Below are positions 1-9,839 of a stretch of DNA of 64,000 nt, in pieces. The translations under genes and the position numbers were made by a program. Under the pieces are notes generated by a model that saw only the letters and a list, made by a program, of their open reading frames with translations, did no database searches and was not told the DNA's origin. The stretch is from contig CAXXVO010000009.1 of assembly GCA_963422645.2 (NCBI GenBank), positions 128,001 to 192,000 on the forward strand. Direction: 5' to 3'. The DNA is from Alphaproteobacteria bacterium. GTDB lineage: Bacteria > Pseudomonadota > Alphaproteobacteria > UBA828. The stretch's first letter is position 1. Each line of letters starts with the position of its first letter.

Positions 1-576
1 GGGGGCGGGGCGCTGATGAAGCGCAAGCCTGCGGCCATGCGCTCGATCGGGATCGACCGCGACGAGCGGGCGCTTGAGGCCTTTGGCTGCGACTACCCGG
101 TGGAGTTGGTGCACGGCTGCGCCCATTCCTTCCTGGCCTCGTTCCCGTTTCTGGGCCCGGAGCTGGTCTACAGCGATCCGCCCTATCTGCACGCGACCCG
201 GCGTTCGTCGCAGCGCTACCGCTTCGAGTACGAGGAGGCCGACCACGTCGCGCTCCTCGAACTGCTCAAGGGTCTGCCCTGCCAGGTGATGGTCTCGGGC
301 CACCCGTCTGCGCTCTATGACGAGCTGCTGGCGGGCTGGCGCCGGCTGGCGCTGCAGGTGACGACCCAGGCCCAGGTGCGGACCGAGGTCGTGTGGTTCA
401 ACTTCGCGCCTGACCGGGTGCACTGGGCGAGCTTCGCCGGCCGGAACTTCACCGAGCGCCAGTGCATCAAGCGCAAGGCGGCCAACTGGGGCCGGCGCTA
501 CGAGGCCATGCCGGCGGGCGAACGCCTGGCGGTGCTGGCCGCGATCATGGCCGTCGAGGCCGACGAGGGTTCGTGA
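1..576 (+). CDS. DNA adenine (N6) methyltransferase, Dam/D12-like, 5' end outside window
   Basis: Catalytic DPPY motif (YSDPPY). The window opens in frame with GGGAL, the tail of an FxGxG-type SAM-binding motif. Also VMVSG..Y and RTEVVWFN motifs typical of small orphan MTases. Confidence 0.8.
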   Translation, partial: GGGALMKRKPAAMRSIGIDRDERALEAFGCDYPVELVHGCAHSFLASFPFLGPELVYSDPPYLHATRRSSQRYRFEYEEADHVALLELLKGLPCQVMVSGHPSALYDELLAGWRRLALQVTTQAQVRTEVVWFNFAPDRVHWASFAGRNFTERQCIKRKAANWGRRYEAMPAGERLAVLAAIMAVEADEGS

Positions 577-2114
577 CAGTGTCGCGCTGGCACGAGGACC
601 TCGCTGCCCACGACGAGGCCTTCGCGTGCCTGCAGGACCTTTTCACCCCACAATCCTTCGCAATGACCGCCGTCAAAGCCATTCGGGAATGGGGCCAGGG
701 GTTGCTGCGCCTGAGCGCGGCCCTGGTCAAGGAGAACGACGCGCTGGAGCGGGAGAACGCCCGCTTGCGCGAGCGGATCGCCGAACTCGAGCGCAGCGCC
801 GCGCTCGACAGCACCACCAGCTCCAAGCCGCCGGCCAGCGACGGTCTGAAGAAGAAGAGCGGTGACCGGGAGAAGCGCACCCGGAGCCAGCGCGGCAAGT
901 CCGACAGGCCCAGTGGCGGCCAGCCGGGCCACAAGGGAACTACCCTGGAGCGGACCGCGACGCCCGACCATGTCGTCGATCATGATCCGTCCGCCTGTGA
1001 GGGCTGCGGCGCGCCGCTGTCGGACGCTGACCGTCACGGAGCCCCCGTCTGCCGGCAGGTCTTCGATGTGCCCGAGCCGCAGCCCCTCGAGGTCACCGAA
1101 CATCGCGGCCATCGTTGCCTCTGCGCTGCCTGCGGCACCGTGACGACAGCCGTCTTCCCGAACGGCGTGAGCGCACCGGTCCAATACGGGCCGCGCATCA
1201 CCGCGTGGGTGACCTACCTGCTGCACGCTCAGTTCATTCCCGAGAAGCGGGTCGCCGAGGTCATGAGCGACCTCTTCGCGGTCAAGCTCTCAACAGCCAC
1301 CATCGTCGCCATGGGAAGGCGCACCGCCCGGCGCTTCGAGGGCTTCCTCGATCGCCTCGCGGAGATCATCCGCACCGCAGCCCCAGTCAAACACCTCGAC
1401 GAGACCGGCATCCGCATCGCCGCCCGGACCCATTGGCTCCATGTGCTGTGCACCCCGTTGCTCACCATCCTGCGCGTCGCCACCGGGCGCAGCCACATCG
1501 ACGAGAAGCTCAACGGCATCGTCATCCATGACGACTACGCCACCTACTTCGCTCTCGAGGGCGTGCGCCACGGGGCCTGCAACGCCCATCACCTGCGCGA
1601 GCTCCAAGCCCTCATCGAGATCGAGAAGGAAGACTGGGCAACGAGCACGCACCGGCTCCTCATCCGTGCCAACAGAGCCGCCCGCTTCGCCCACAAGAAC
1701 GACCGCGACGTGCCCGCCTCACTGGTGGCCCGCATCTCGCGAGCCTGGGACCGCATCCTCGAACGTGCCATCGCCTCTCACGAAGAAATGCCACCGCTCC
1801 AGACCGGAAAGCGCGGACGACAAAAGCGCCGCATCGGTCACAACCTCGCCCTCCGACTCCAGAAGTACAAGGAGGGGTGCCTGCGCTTCCTCACCGATCC
1901 GCGAACCCCCTTCTCCAACAACGAGGCCGAGCGCGACCTCCGAATGGGCAAGCTGCGCCAGAAAATCTCAGGCGGCTTCCGCTCGATACAAGGCGCCCGC
2001 GACTTCGCAAACCTGCGATCCGTCATCGCCACCGCTCGAAAACAGCGCTGGAATGTCCTCGAAACCCTGGCGCACCCCGATCCAATCCAGCTGATCCCCG
2101 TATTGCGCTTCTGA
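573..2114 (+). CDS. IS66 family transposase (single-ORF ISBst12-like); start at GTG 573 or ATG 663
   Basis: Coiled coil followed by SSKPPASD, GGQPGHKG, CxxC zinc finger, HLDETG, HDDY, CNAHHLREL and FSNNEAERDLR...KISGGFRS. Confidence 0.92.
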   Translation: MTVSRWHEDLAAHDEAFACLQDLFTPQSFAMTAVKAIREWGQGLLRLSAALVKENDALERENARLRERIAELERSAALDSTTSSKPPASDGLKKKSGDREKRTRSQRGKSDRPSGGQPGHKGTTLERTATPDHVVDHDPSACEGCGAPLSDADRHGAPVCRQVFDVPEPQPLEVTEHRGHRCLCAACGTVTTAVFPNGVSAPVQYGPRITAWVTYLLHAQFIPEKRVAEVMSDLFAVKLSTATIVAMGRRTARRFEGFLDRLAEIIRTAAPVKHLDETGIRIAARTHWLHVLCTPLLTILRVATGRSHIDEKLNGIVIHDDYATYFALEGVRHGACNAHHLRELQALIEIEKEDWATSTHRLLIRANRAARFAHKNDRDVPASLVARISRAWDRILERAIASHEEMPPLQTGKRGRQKRRIGHNLALRLQKYKEGCLRFLTDPRTPFSNNEAERDLRMGKLRQKISGGFRSIQGARDFANLRSVIATARKQRWNVLETLAHPDPIQLIPVLRF

Positions 2115-2196
2115 AATCCTGCGCTGCTCCGGGAAAGCGCCGCCTGACCCCTGGCTGGTCAGAACCATCAATCCATCACGTCCGAGTGCTCGGCAG

Positions 2197-2216
2197 AATC
2201 AGACCTGGGCAGTTAC
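2197..2216 (-). repeat. Right terminal inverted repeat of the IS66 element
   Basis: Reverse complement GTAACTGCCCAGGTCTGATT matches the left end of the IS66 at 59592 (GTAACTGCCCAGGTC). Confidence 0.85.
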
Positions 2217-2408
2217 CTTAAAATATTTTGTGGGAGCAGTACCGGAGTTGCTCGCTGGCAGTGGCTTTAGGATCGGTAGAGAGCGCCTGAGCGTGGGAAA
2301 TTCAATAATCTACAGAAGAAGTCAGCAAGATTTTGAAGGAGAACTTTCCACAGTACTCCAGCCTATTGAACGTGCGTTTCGGCGTGACCAACCCATACTT
2401 ACGCAAAT
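2217..2408 (+). pseudogene. Lower-GC gene fragment trapped between two IS ends
   Basis: Visibly more AT-rich than its flanks, with one frame open throughout. No recognisable motif. Confidence 0.25.
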
Positions 2409-3401
2409 TCAGAACTCCTGACATTACGCTGGTAAGTGATTGAATCATTGAGAATGTTTTGGGAACCGCCGGCCGACCTTCGTAATGTCAAGTGTTGAGG
2501 CGAAAAGATGCGGGACGAGCGGCAGAAAGAAGCGGTCAGAATAGCAGGGTATTCCAACTAATGTCAATGATATGGGCGCTGTAAAGGGGCCTCGTAGTGA
2601 GCAGCCGAACTCGCTTACAATGCGCGGCAAAGGGGCACAACGCGGTTCAGGAACATAGCCGATGCAGCTTCAGTTTCCGCTGTGGCCGGAAAACGCCATC
2701 GTCATCTCCGAGACGCTCGCAATGGTCGAAGAGGACGGAAGGGTCGTCTTTTTCAACAGCGCGGGCCCGATCTTCACCTATGCCGAAGACGATGCCCTCG
2801 GGAAACGCCACGCAATGGCGATGCTCACTGCACAGCGTCTGGTCTCAGCCGAAGCTCTGGCAAGGGCGATGGGTGTCAGCGGGCAGACCGTCCGGCGCAA
2901 TCGTGACAAGTATCTCGACGGTGGGCTGGAGGCGCTCATCGCGAAGCCGCGTCCAAGAAAAGGATACAAGCTGGCCGGGGCCGAGCTCACCCTGGCACAG
3001 GAGCTGCTCGACGCAGGTGCGAGCGTGTCGGCAACAGGGCGTGCCGTCGGGGTCTCGGAAGGGTGCGTCAGGGCGGCGATCAAGACCGGCAAGCTGGTGA
3101 GGCCGGGCAAGCGGACGGCGCGAGGAGGCAAGGGTGCCGGGCCGGCGCAGGGTTCGGTTGCAGCTGCACCGGCGCCGGGCGCTCAGCGAACGGAAGCGCC
3201 GGTATCGTTGTCGCTCCCACAGGGCATCCTGGAGACCGGGCCGGGACCGTCGCTGCGTTCGGCGGCGGATGCGCAGTGCAGCGCCGGTGTTGCCGTCAAG
3301 CGGATTGAGGAACGGACTCTGGCGATGGCCGGCCGCCTGACGGAGGCGCCGATGCAGGTGCAGGCGGCGGAAGCGGTGCCGGGAGCCGGTGTGCTGCTGG
3401 C
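2409..3401 (+). mobile_element. Left part of an IS encoding an HTH-led putative transposase (ORF from 2662), truncated by the Mu-like end
   Basis: End motif TCAGAACTCCTGAC at 2409 resembles the inverted TCAGACTTCCTGAC at 7485-7498. The ORF has two HTHs and is homologous to 6235..7343; similarity stops at GVLLA, where TGT (3402) begins. Confidence 0.7.
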
Positions 3402-3568
3402 TGTAGACGGACGAAAGTCGTTGTGAATCGGGTTAAGGGGTGGAATCAGGCGGAATCGGGCGGAAGGTGGCGGAATCTCAAGGGGATGCGCGGCGGCACG
3501 GTGGCGGTGCGGCGGCTGGCGGGCGGACGGAAGTCTTTGCGAATCCGGTCTGGAAGCGACCGTGAATC
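3402..3568. repeat. Mu/Tn7-type transposon end: terminal TGT plus three ~22-bp repeats
   Basis: TGTA at 3402. Repeats CGGACGAAAGTCGTTGTGAATC (3408-3429), CGGACGGAAGTCTTTGCGAATC (3524-3545) and CGGTCTGGAAGCGACCGTGAATC (3546-3568). Confidence 0.65.
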
Positions 3569-3795
3569 GGCTGGAAACGATGATTTTCGGGGCGTTTCAG
3601 GGGTGCTGAAAGGCCCGTAAATCGGGACGGTTTCGGGGTATCGGATTCGGTCGGAAAATCCGGTGCGGGGCGCGGGTCCGGCGGCGCCCGTTCTCGAGGC
3701 TGGCGGCGGCCCGCGCCGGGCTACGGAATCGGTCCTGGAGCGGCGGGCGCCGCCGCGCTAGAGTGAGCGTGGCGACGGAAGCATTCGCAATACTC

Positions 3796-5046
3796 TCATG
3801 CCTTCGGGCGAGCGCGGGGGTTGTGGCCCGCCCGGCGCCGATTATTCCCCCTGAGCGCGTTGATCCTCGTCAAGCGCCGTCGCGCGGCTTTGAGGTCGTA
3901 GGGCTGCGCCTTATGGAGGGTCGCGAGGTAGGTCTCGGAGCCGTCCTTTGTCGCCTTGACGACGGCGCGCCGCAGGCGGCCGCTGTCTTCCATGAACCCG
4001 ATGGCGACGCGCTCACCGGACGTGAACAGCTCCCCTTCGTCGAGGATGCGCTGGACGCGGGCGTAGTCCGTGGGTTCGAGGTCCGTGTGTCTGGCGGTTT
4101 GCTTTGCGGCGCTTTCGCCGGAGAGGCGGACGGTTCGGGAGCGTGCGCCGATGGCGGCGCGGACCGGGGCGGGGAGGACGGCGAGGGGCCAGTCGGCATC
4201 GGAGGCGCCGGTAAGGTGGCGGCGGAAGAGCGCCCCGTTCCAGGGTTGGCCTATGGCGGCGCGGGCGAGTTCGTCGGGGGCGGCGTCGATCTTCCGGATC
4301 AGGCGTGCGGCGCTGTCGCGCCCCGGCCGGGCCAGGCCGACGTTGTGCTGGAAGCCGGGGTCGATGCCGATCGGGACCCGGTGGATGCGGCCGGTTCGGC
4401 GGTTGGTCCAGGGCCGGGTGCGCCCGGAGAGCGGCGGCGGGCCTGACGACACTTTATAGCCGTAGCGCTCCAGGTCGTCTTCGGAGAGCTGCTGGACGAT
4501 GCAGCGGCACTTCCATCCGTTGGGCGGGTAGTGGGTCTTCCAGAAGGGGTGATCGACGGGAAGGATGGTGCCGTGCCATGCGAGGTGGTCGGGCCTGGTG
4601 CGGGCGTCCTGGACGGCGACGTAGCGGAGCCAGGGCATGGCCTCCCTGAGGCGCTCGATGCGCTCCCATCGGCCGCGGGCGTAGGCCATGCGGATGTTGG
4701 TATCGAAGATTATGCGCAGGCGGCGGACCGAGCCGAGCTGGACGATGCGCGTCTTGCCGGTGAGGGGATCGGTCATGGGCTGCCTGCCCCACCATCCCTT
4801 GCGGACCAGGGTGGGCTGCAGCTCCCTGGCGAAGGTCTCGAAGGTTGTGCCGTCCGCGATGGCCTTGTCGGCGGCGGTGCGCAGGTCCTGGAGGATGTCG
4901 AGCTTCGCGGCCTTGGCGGCGGTGAAGGAGACCAGGTGCGCGTCTGCGTCGGTATCGCGCCAGTCGAAGCCTGTGTGGAAGCCCTTGGCGCGGAAGTGCT
5001 CGACGGCCTCTGCGGGGGGTACGTCCAGGATCTCGGGCGCGGGCAT
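3796..5046 (-). CDS. Phage Mu gpF/gp30-like head morphogenesis protein with C-terminal putative PBECR-like nuclease domain
   Basis: Motifs FTAAK..KLDIL, RLRIIFDTN, D.RTRPDH..WHG..LP.DHPFW...YPPNGWKCRC and GIDPGF.HN. The ATG overlaps the portal stop (TGATG). The C-terminal extension ends AVVKATKDGSETYLATLHK. Confidence 0.88.
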   Translation of the reverse strand: MPAPEILDVPPAEAVEHFRAKGFHTGFDWRDTDADAHLVSFTAAKAAKLDILQDLRTAADKAIADGTTFETFARELQPTLVRKGWWGRQPMTDPLTGKTRIVQLGSVRRLRIIFDTNIRMAYARGRWERIERLREAMPWLRYVAVQDARTRPDHLAWHGTILPVDHPFWKTHYPPNGWKCRCIVQQLSEDDLERYGYKVSSGPPPLSGRTRPWTNRRTGRIHRVPIGIDPGFQHNVGLARPGRDSAARLIRKIDAAPDELARAAIGQPWNGALFRRHLTGASDADWPLAVLPAPVRAAIGARSRTVRLSGESAAKQTARHTDLEPTDYARVQRILDEGELFTSGERVAIGFMEDSGRLRRAVVKATKDGSETYLATLHKAQPYDLKAARRRLTRINALRGNNRRRAGHNPRARPKA

Positions 5047-5694
5047 CAGCCCTCGCCCTCGTCGAGGCCTGCGTCGCCGGAGAGGCGGGCGGAGAATGCG
5101 GTGCGGCGGAGGCGGCGGGCGATGCGGTCTGCGTTCATGTCCTCCCAGAGCTGGCGCTCGTCGAGCGCGGCACGGAAGCGGCCGAAGCTGTCGGCGTTCT
5201 CTGCGGCCTCGAGCACGGGGGCGACGGCCGGCTCCACGAGGGGCTGCCAGTCTGCGGCGATCGCGTCCACGGCGTCGTCGATGGCGTCGTCGTCGCGGGG
5301 CGCCGGACCGGCGAGGCGCGCGGGGCGGGGATCGCCGCCTGGCGTCGGGGGCGCGTCGGGGGCTTTCTCCCATTCTCCGCCGTAGACCTGCTCGACATGG
5401 GCGGGGGTGGGGCGGAGGCCCGAGGTTCGGGCGACGGTCTCCTCGCGCCTGGCGCGGGCCACGAGGTCCTCGGGGGGCGCGGTGTTGCGGGCGAGTTCGG
5501 GCACGTCTGCGCCGGGGAAGTTCCATTGGGTGAGCCAGGCGGCGACGGAGTTGCGCAGCGCGGCGGAGAGCCGTCGGGCGTCGGCGGCGACGAGGCGCTC
5601 CAGCACCTTGGCCTGGACTTCGGCGGTGCCGCGCCAGGGTCCGATCTCGGAGGTTGCGCGCTGGCCGAGGACGGCGTCCGCGATCATGCCGTCG
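5046..5694 (-). pseudogene. C-terminal fragment of Mu gp29/DUF935-like portal protein
   Basis: AVLGQ..TS, AEV......ADARRL and WNFPG motifs directly upstream of MuF. The 5' part is replaced by IS4 sequence. Confidence 0.75.
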
Positions 5695-6234
5695 CCCAAG
5701 GCCTGGAGCGTCGCGGAACTGGCCGAGCTCTATCACGCGCGCTGGGGAATCGAGGAACTCTACAAGACCTCGAAACAGGCCATGGCCGTCGAGGCCTTCC
5801 ACAGCCAGACCGAGCGCGGCGTCCGCCAGGAGCTCTTCGCCCACTTCAACCTCATCGCCATGACCCGGCTCTTCACCAACCGCAGCAACGCAAGCCTCGA
5901 CGCCGAGCGCCCTGCCGACGGCAAGCCGGCGATGAAAGCCAACTTCAGCAACGGCCTCGCCACCGTCGCGCGCAACCTCGAAGCGCTGCTGCTGCGCCAT
6001 ACGGCGATGGTCGCCGAAACCCTCAGCCATGTCCTCTCCTGCATCAACCAGGCGCGTCAGCGCCCGCGCCCCGGCCGGTCCTGCGAACGCAGGTCGCGCA
6101 AACCCCGCGGCAAGTGGGCACGCGCAAAGCGGGCCGTCGCCTGAACACCTGAACGACAGAAACGCACGCAACCGACAGCGCAAGAACACGACTCCTTAAG
6201 TGAACAGTCGAAAACCGCTAAGTGAATGCCATTG
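5695..6234 (+). mobile_element. 3' fragment and right IR of the IS4-family element (copy of 48880..~49419)
   Basis: Identical by inspection to the reverse complement of the end of the 48880..54178 element. YHARWGIEE (IS4 YREK-like) motif; ends in GTGAATGCCATTG. Confidence 0.92.
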
Positions 6235-7498
6235 CCTTGCGGCCGGAGTAGACCTTGACGTGCCCGTCGATGGCCAGCGTCGCCCAGAGCTCCGGCTCGT
6301 CGGCCTTGCCAGCGCCTGGCAAGGGCGAGCTGCCACGCCCGCACGCCGGCCTCGTCGTCGGCGATGAGAGCGATCTTGCGGCGCAGCGTCTTGACCTCGG
6401 GGCAGCGATCGAGGCCGAGAATGGCGCCCCATTCGCCCGGCGCCTGGTAGCGCAGGCTCTCGGGGTTGCGCACCCGCGCCAAGGTCATGAAGGCCAGGAA
6501 GAGCAGGATCGTAGGCAAGCCGTAATAGCCCTTCGGCAGCAATGGCAGGAGACCGGTCTCGGAGAGAAGACCTTCCTTCAGCAGGGCCGGCAGGGCGGCG
6601 AGCACGCCGCCGAAGCGGACACCGCGGGCGGCGGCGGCGAACTGCGGTTCGACCGGCCCCGCCTGTCCACAACTGGCCAGAACCCGAGCCGGAACATCGC
6701 AAGTCGCACGCCCCATCGGCGCCTGCCGGTCCCGCCGATCGCGCGCGCTGCGATCCGTTTGCGGCTGCGCTTCCAGCCCCGGCGCCGTCTCCGGCCCCGG
6801 GGCACCGGTACTCTCTTCATCGACACGGCCTTCAGGAGCCGCACCCGCGTCAGGCGGCGCAGCCAGCGCTGAGCGTCCGGGCTCCCCATCCGCCTCCGTG
6901 TTGCCGATCAGTCCCTGACGGCGCCACTTGTTGACCGATGGCGCTGACACGCCGAGAACCCGGGCCGCCGCAGAGCCGCTCAGGCCCGATGCCAGCAACG
7001 CCGTCGCCTTCTCCGCCAACTCCGGAGTGAACACCGACGGCCCGCGACCGCGCCGGGGCTTCATGAACCCCGCTTCGCCCTCGGCCAGGTAGCGCCGTCG
7101 TGCGCGCTGCACCGTCGCGCGCGAGACAGCGAAAGCGTCAGCCAGTTCCTGCGGCGAGACCGCGCTGATCGCCGCGAGGCGGCCGATCCGCAAGAGCATG
7201 GCCGTGCGGTCATCGGCGGCGTGGCTGTCAAAGGGAATGAGGTTGGAAAAGTAGGTGAAGGTGTCGTCCGAGATCAGGACGGCGAAGCAGCTGTTGCCGA
7301 TCGAGACCGCCTCTGGAGGGCACATTGGGAGGGTACTGGGCATGGTTGAGACCGTGCAATTGGTATCAAATTATAATATCAGACCTCGGGCGCGACACCC
7401 AGCGAAAAACCGCCTGAAACAACCGAAATGTATCAGAATTCAAGGAGTTCCCGGCACGCTGCCCAGAACAGCCAGCATCACGAGGTCAGGAAGTCTGA
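6235..7498 (-). mobile_element. Left part of an IS with HTH-led putative transposase pseudogene (ORF from 7343, frameshift ~6307, cut by IS4 end)
   Basis: GVLAALPALL..GL, PGEWGAILGLDRCPEVKTLRRK, and IDGHVKVYSG in a shifted frame. End motif at 7485-7498. Confidence 0.75.
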
Positions 7499-7505
7499 GG
7501 TTAGA

Positions 7506-9477
7506 CTGAACTTCCGGAGCGGATATTGAGCTAAGCCATTGCGGTTGCTTTGGAAAGCACCGTTTCGCGGAGTCGCGTACTGGGTACGCTACAGGCTGAC
7601 GCCGAGCAGGTCGAGCGCCTGGCGCTGCAGCTTCGTCGGTTTGGTGACCAGGTCGAAGGGCGGTGCTCCGGGCAGTTTCGGCTGAACTCTGTTCCTGGCG
7701 ATGGTCGCCAGGTCTTCGAGGAGGGTGCGGAAGCTATGCACCGGCACGCCGTCTGGTGTGCGCTTGGCGGCGGCCTTGCGCCGGGCCGAAGGCGAGGGCT
7801 TTGCCGGTGCGACGATGGAGGCGCGCGCGGCGTCCGCGCCCGCCGGGTCGTCCTCGTCGAACAGGATGGGGGCGAGCCTTTGGCGCATGTGCCACTCGAC
7901 ATGGTAGGCGAGCATGCACAGCAGGACGTGGGCGCGCACGCGCTCAGGCCGATAGTGGTGGATGGGCCGCACCTTGAGGTCGACCGTCTTGACGCTTCGG
8001 AAGGCGCGCTCGATGCGGCTCAATCCCTTGTAGGCGCGCACCGTGTCCTCGGCCCCGAGCTCGCGCTCGGACAGGCTGGTGCGGATGACGTAGAGGCCAT
8101 CGAGCGCCGCCTCTTCGGCGATCCGCTCTGCGTTGCGCCGCCAGGCGAAGCCGTCATCGGCGATCTCCAGGTCGAAGTGCTTTCCGACCTTGTGCTTGCC
8201 GATGACCTTGCCCACGCGCAGCCCGATCTTGTCCTTGCCGGCGAGACGGCGCTTGTCGCGCCGGGTTGCCGCACGGATCGCGTCGAGATCGCTCTCGGTG
8301 GCCTGGAGCAGGGCCTCGCGCTTGCGCGCGCGCTCTTCGGCGAGCAGCGGGTTGCGGCAGGCGATCAGGCGCTCGCCGGGGAAGTCGGGATGATGGATCT
8401 CGGCCAGGGCGCGCTCGTCGAAGAGCGAGAGCTGCAGCGTCCCGCCGGAGGCCAGCTCGCGGATCGCCGGCGCCCGCAGCGCGCTGATCCACTCCAGCCC
8501 GGCCGGCTTCACCTCCTCGCGGATGCGCGCCTCGGTGAGCATGCCGCGATCGCCCACGAGAACGACCCGCGAAAGCCGGAAGCGCCGGCGCAGCTTGTCG
8601 ATCTGCGTGCCCAGTGTGGCCGGATCGGCGGTGTTGCCCTCGAACACCTCCACCGCCACCGGGCAGCCCTGCGCGTTGCACAGAAGCCCGAACACGATCT
8701 GCAGCTTGCCGCGCTTGCCGTCGCGGGAGTAGCCGTGACGCGCCAGCGGACAGCAGCGCCCCTCCAGCCAGGTCGAAGTGACGTCGTAGAGCACCAGCGC
8801 GCCGTCCTCGAGATGACGCTCGGCCAGACCCCGCTCGATCCTGGGCTGGCGCTGCAGTAGCCAGTCCATCGCCTCGTAGAGCTCGTCTTCGCCGACCTCG
8901 CCCAGGGCGAGCGCCTCGCCGAGGCCGTGGCCAAGCGTGTCCTCGCTGAGCCCGCGCGCGGTGGCGAGCTTCGAGCGCGGCGCCACGATGCGGGCGACGA
9001 TCATGGCCACCACGAGATCGCGCAGCCGCGAGCGCCTGGCGCCGATCAGCCGTTCCAGACCGAGGCCGCGCAGGGCGCCGAGCACCGCTGCCACATGGCC
9101 GAAGGGACGCGAGCGGGTGATGTCGAAGCCGTCGTGCTCGCGGATCGTCTCGCCTCGGGGCACTGCGGTTCCGCCGCGCAGCAGGATGCGCAGACCGTCG
9201 ATCAGGTGCGGCGGCCACTTGGACAGATTGGCCAGGGTGCGTTTTCTGATTTTTCCGCCCGCGCGCCATGATTCGCGCAGGAGGATTGCGGGCGGGGAGT
9301 TCCGGTTTGGGACGCTCTCGATATACATGGGGACGGAACATAGCCCACCTCCCGCCTCATATCAACCACCTCTCTCCATTTACATGGGTACACTTTGCAT
9401 CTGCGCCGAAGGCCGATACGCCCGTAAGATCAACGGCTTAGCCCCGAAAATCAGCCCATTTCCGGGGGGAAGTTCGG
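7506..9477 (-). mobile_element. IS1634-family insertion sequence
   Basis: IRs C(T/C)GAACTTCC. 6-bp target duplication GTTAGA at 7500-7505 and 9478-9483. Confidence 0.9.
7589..9328 (-). CDS. IS1634-family transposase
   Basis: LYDVTS, GYSRDGK, FEGNTAD, VGDRGM, and YK.L..IERAFR..K....VRPIHH...RVRAHV motifs. Confidence 0.93.
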   Translation of the reverse strand: MYIESVPNRNSPPAILLRESWRAGGKIRKRTLANLSKWPPHLIDGLRILLRGGTAVPRGETIREHDGFDITRSRPFGHVAAVLGALRGLGLERLIGARRSRLRDLVVAMIVARIVAPRSKLATARGLSEDTLGHGLGEALALGEVGEDELYEAMDWLLQRQPRIERGLAERHLEDGALVLYDVTSTWLEGRCCPLARHGYSRDGKRGKLQIVFGLLCNAQGCPVAVEVFEGNTADPATLGTQIDKLRRRFRLSRVVLVGDRGMLTEARIREEVKPAGLEWISALRAPAIRELASGGTLQLSLFDERALAEIHHPDFPGERLIACRNPLLAEERARKREALLQATESDLDAIRAATRRDKRRLAGKDKIGLRVGKVIGKHKVGKHFDLEIADDGFAWRRNAERIAEEAALDGLYVIRTSLSERELGAEDTVRAYKGLSRIERAFRSVKTVDLKVRPIHHYRPERVRAHVLLCMLAYHVEWHMRQRLAPILFDEDDPAGADAARASIVAPAKPSPSARRKAAAKRTPDGVPVHSFRTLLEDLATIARNRVQPKLPGAPPFDLVTKPTKLQRQALDLLGVSL

Positions 9478-9796
9478 GTTAGACCAGATTGAAGATGAAT
9501 TCGGGAACGACCGTGTTTTCCTCGCTGAGAACGCATGGGAGGAGATCGAAACCTGGGCTCTCGCGGGACTCACCCTACCCAGAGATTGGCGTTGGGCAGA
9601 CATTCGCGCTGAGGTGCATGTCAAAGAGCGCTACTTCAAGATTTTGGCGGAAGAGCGCCGCGTGACCGACCGCCCGGGCGGTGGCCGCAAGGCGTTGGGC
9701 GAAGAGGCAGCACGCCGTATCGACGCAATCCGCTTGAAGTGCCCCGAGGACTTCGACAACCTGACCCGACGAATCGAGGCCAAGGTCGCTGTGTAG
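9478..9796 (+). pseudogene. C-terminal remnant of a hypothetical protein (possibly a DUF4276-like ATPase partner)
   Basis: Frame is open from the IS junction (LDQIEDEFG...WEEIETWALAG...CPEDF) to TAG 9796. The family guess rests only on the EIETW motif. Confidence 0.45.
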
Positions 9797-9839
9797 AGGG
9801 CACGGAGCGCGGGCACGACTTCAGAAACACGCCTCTTGT

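Larger units (their letters stand above)
3402..5694 (-). mobile_element. Remnant of a Mu-like transposable prophage
   Basis: Portal (gp29-like) fragment and MuF (gp30-like) gene next to a TGT end with repeats. Confidence 0.75.

Noticed and set aside
3796-6189. 797-aa ORF as a single giant MuF protein
   Set aside because: The N-terminal half is antisense IS4 and off-frame portal sequence. The real start is the ATG at 5046 overlapping the portal stop.
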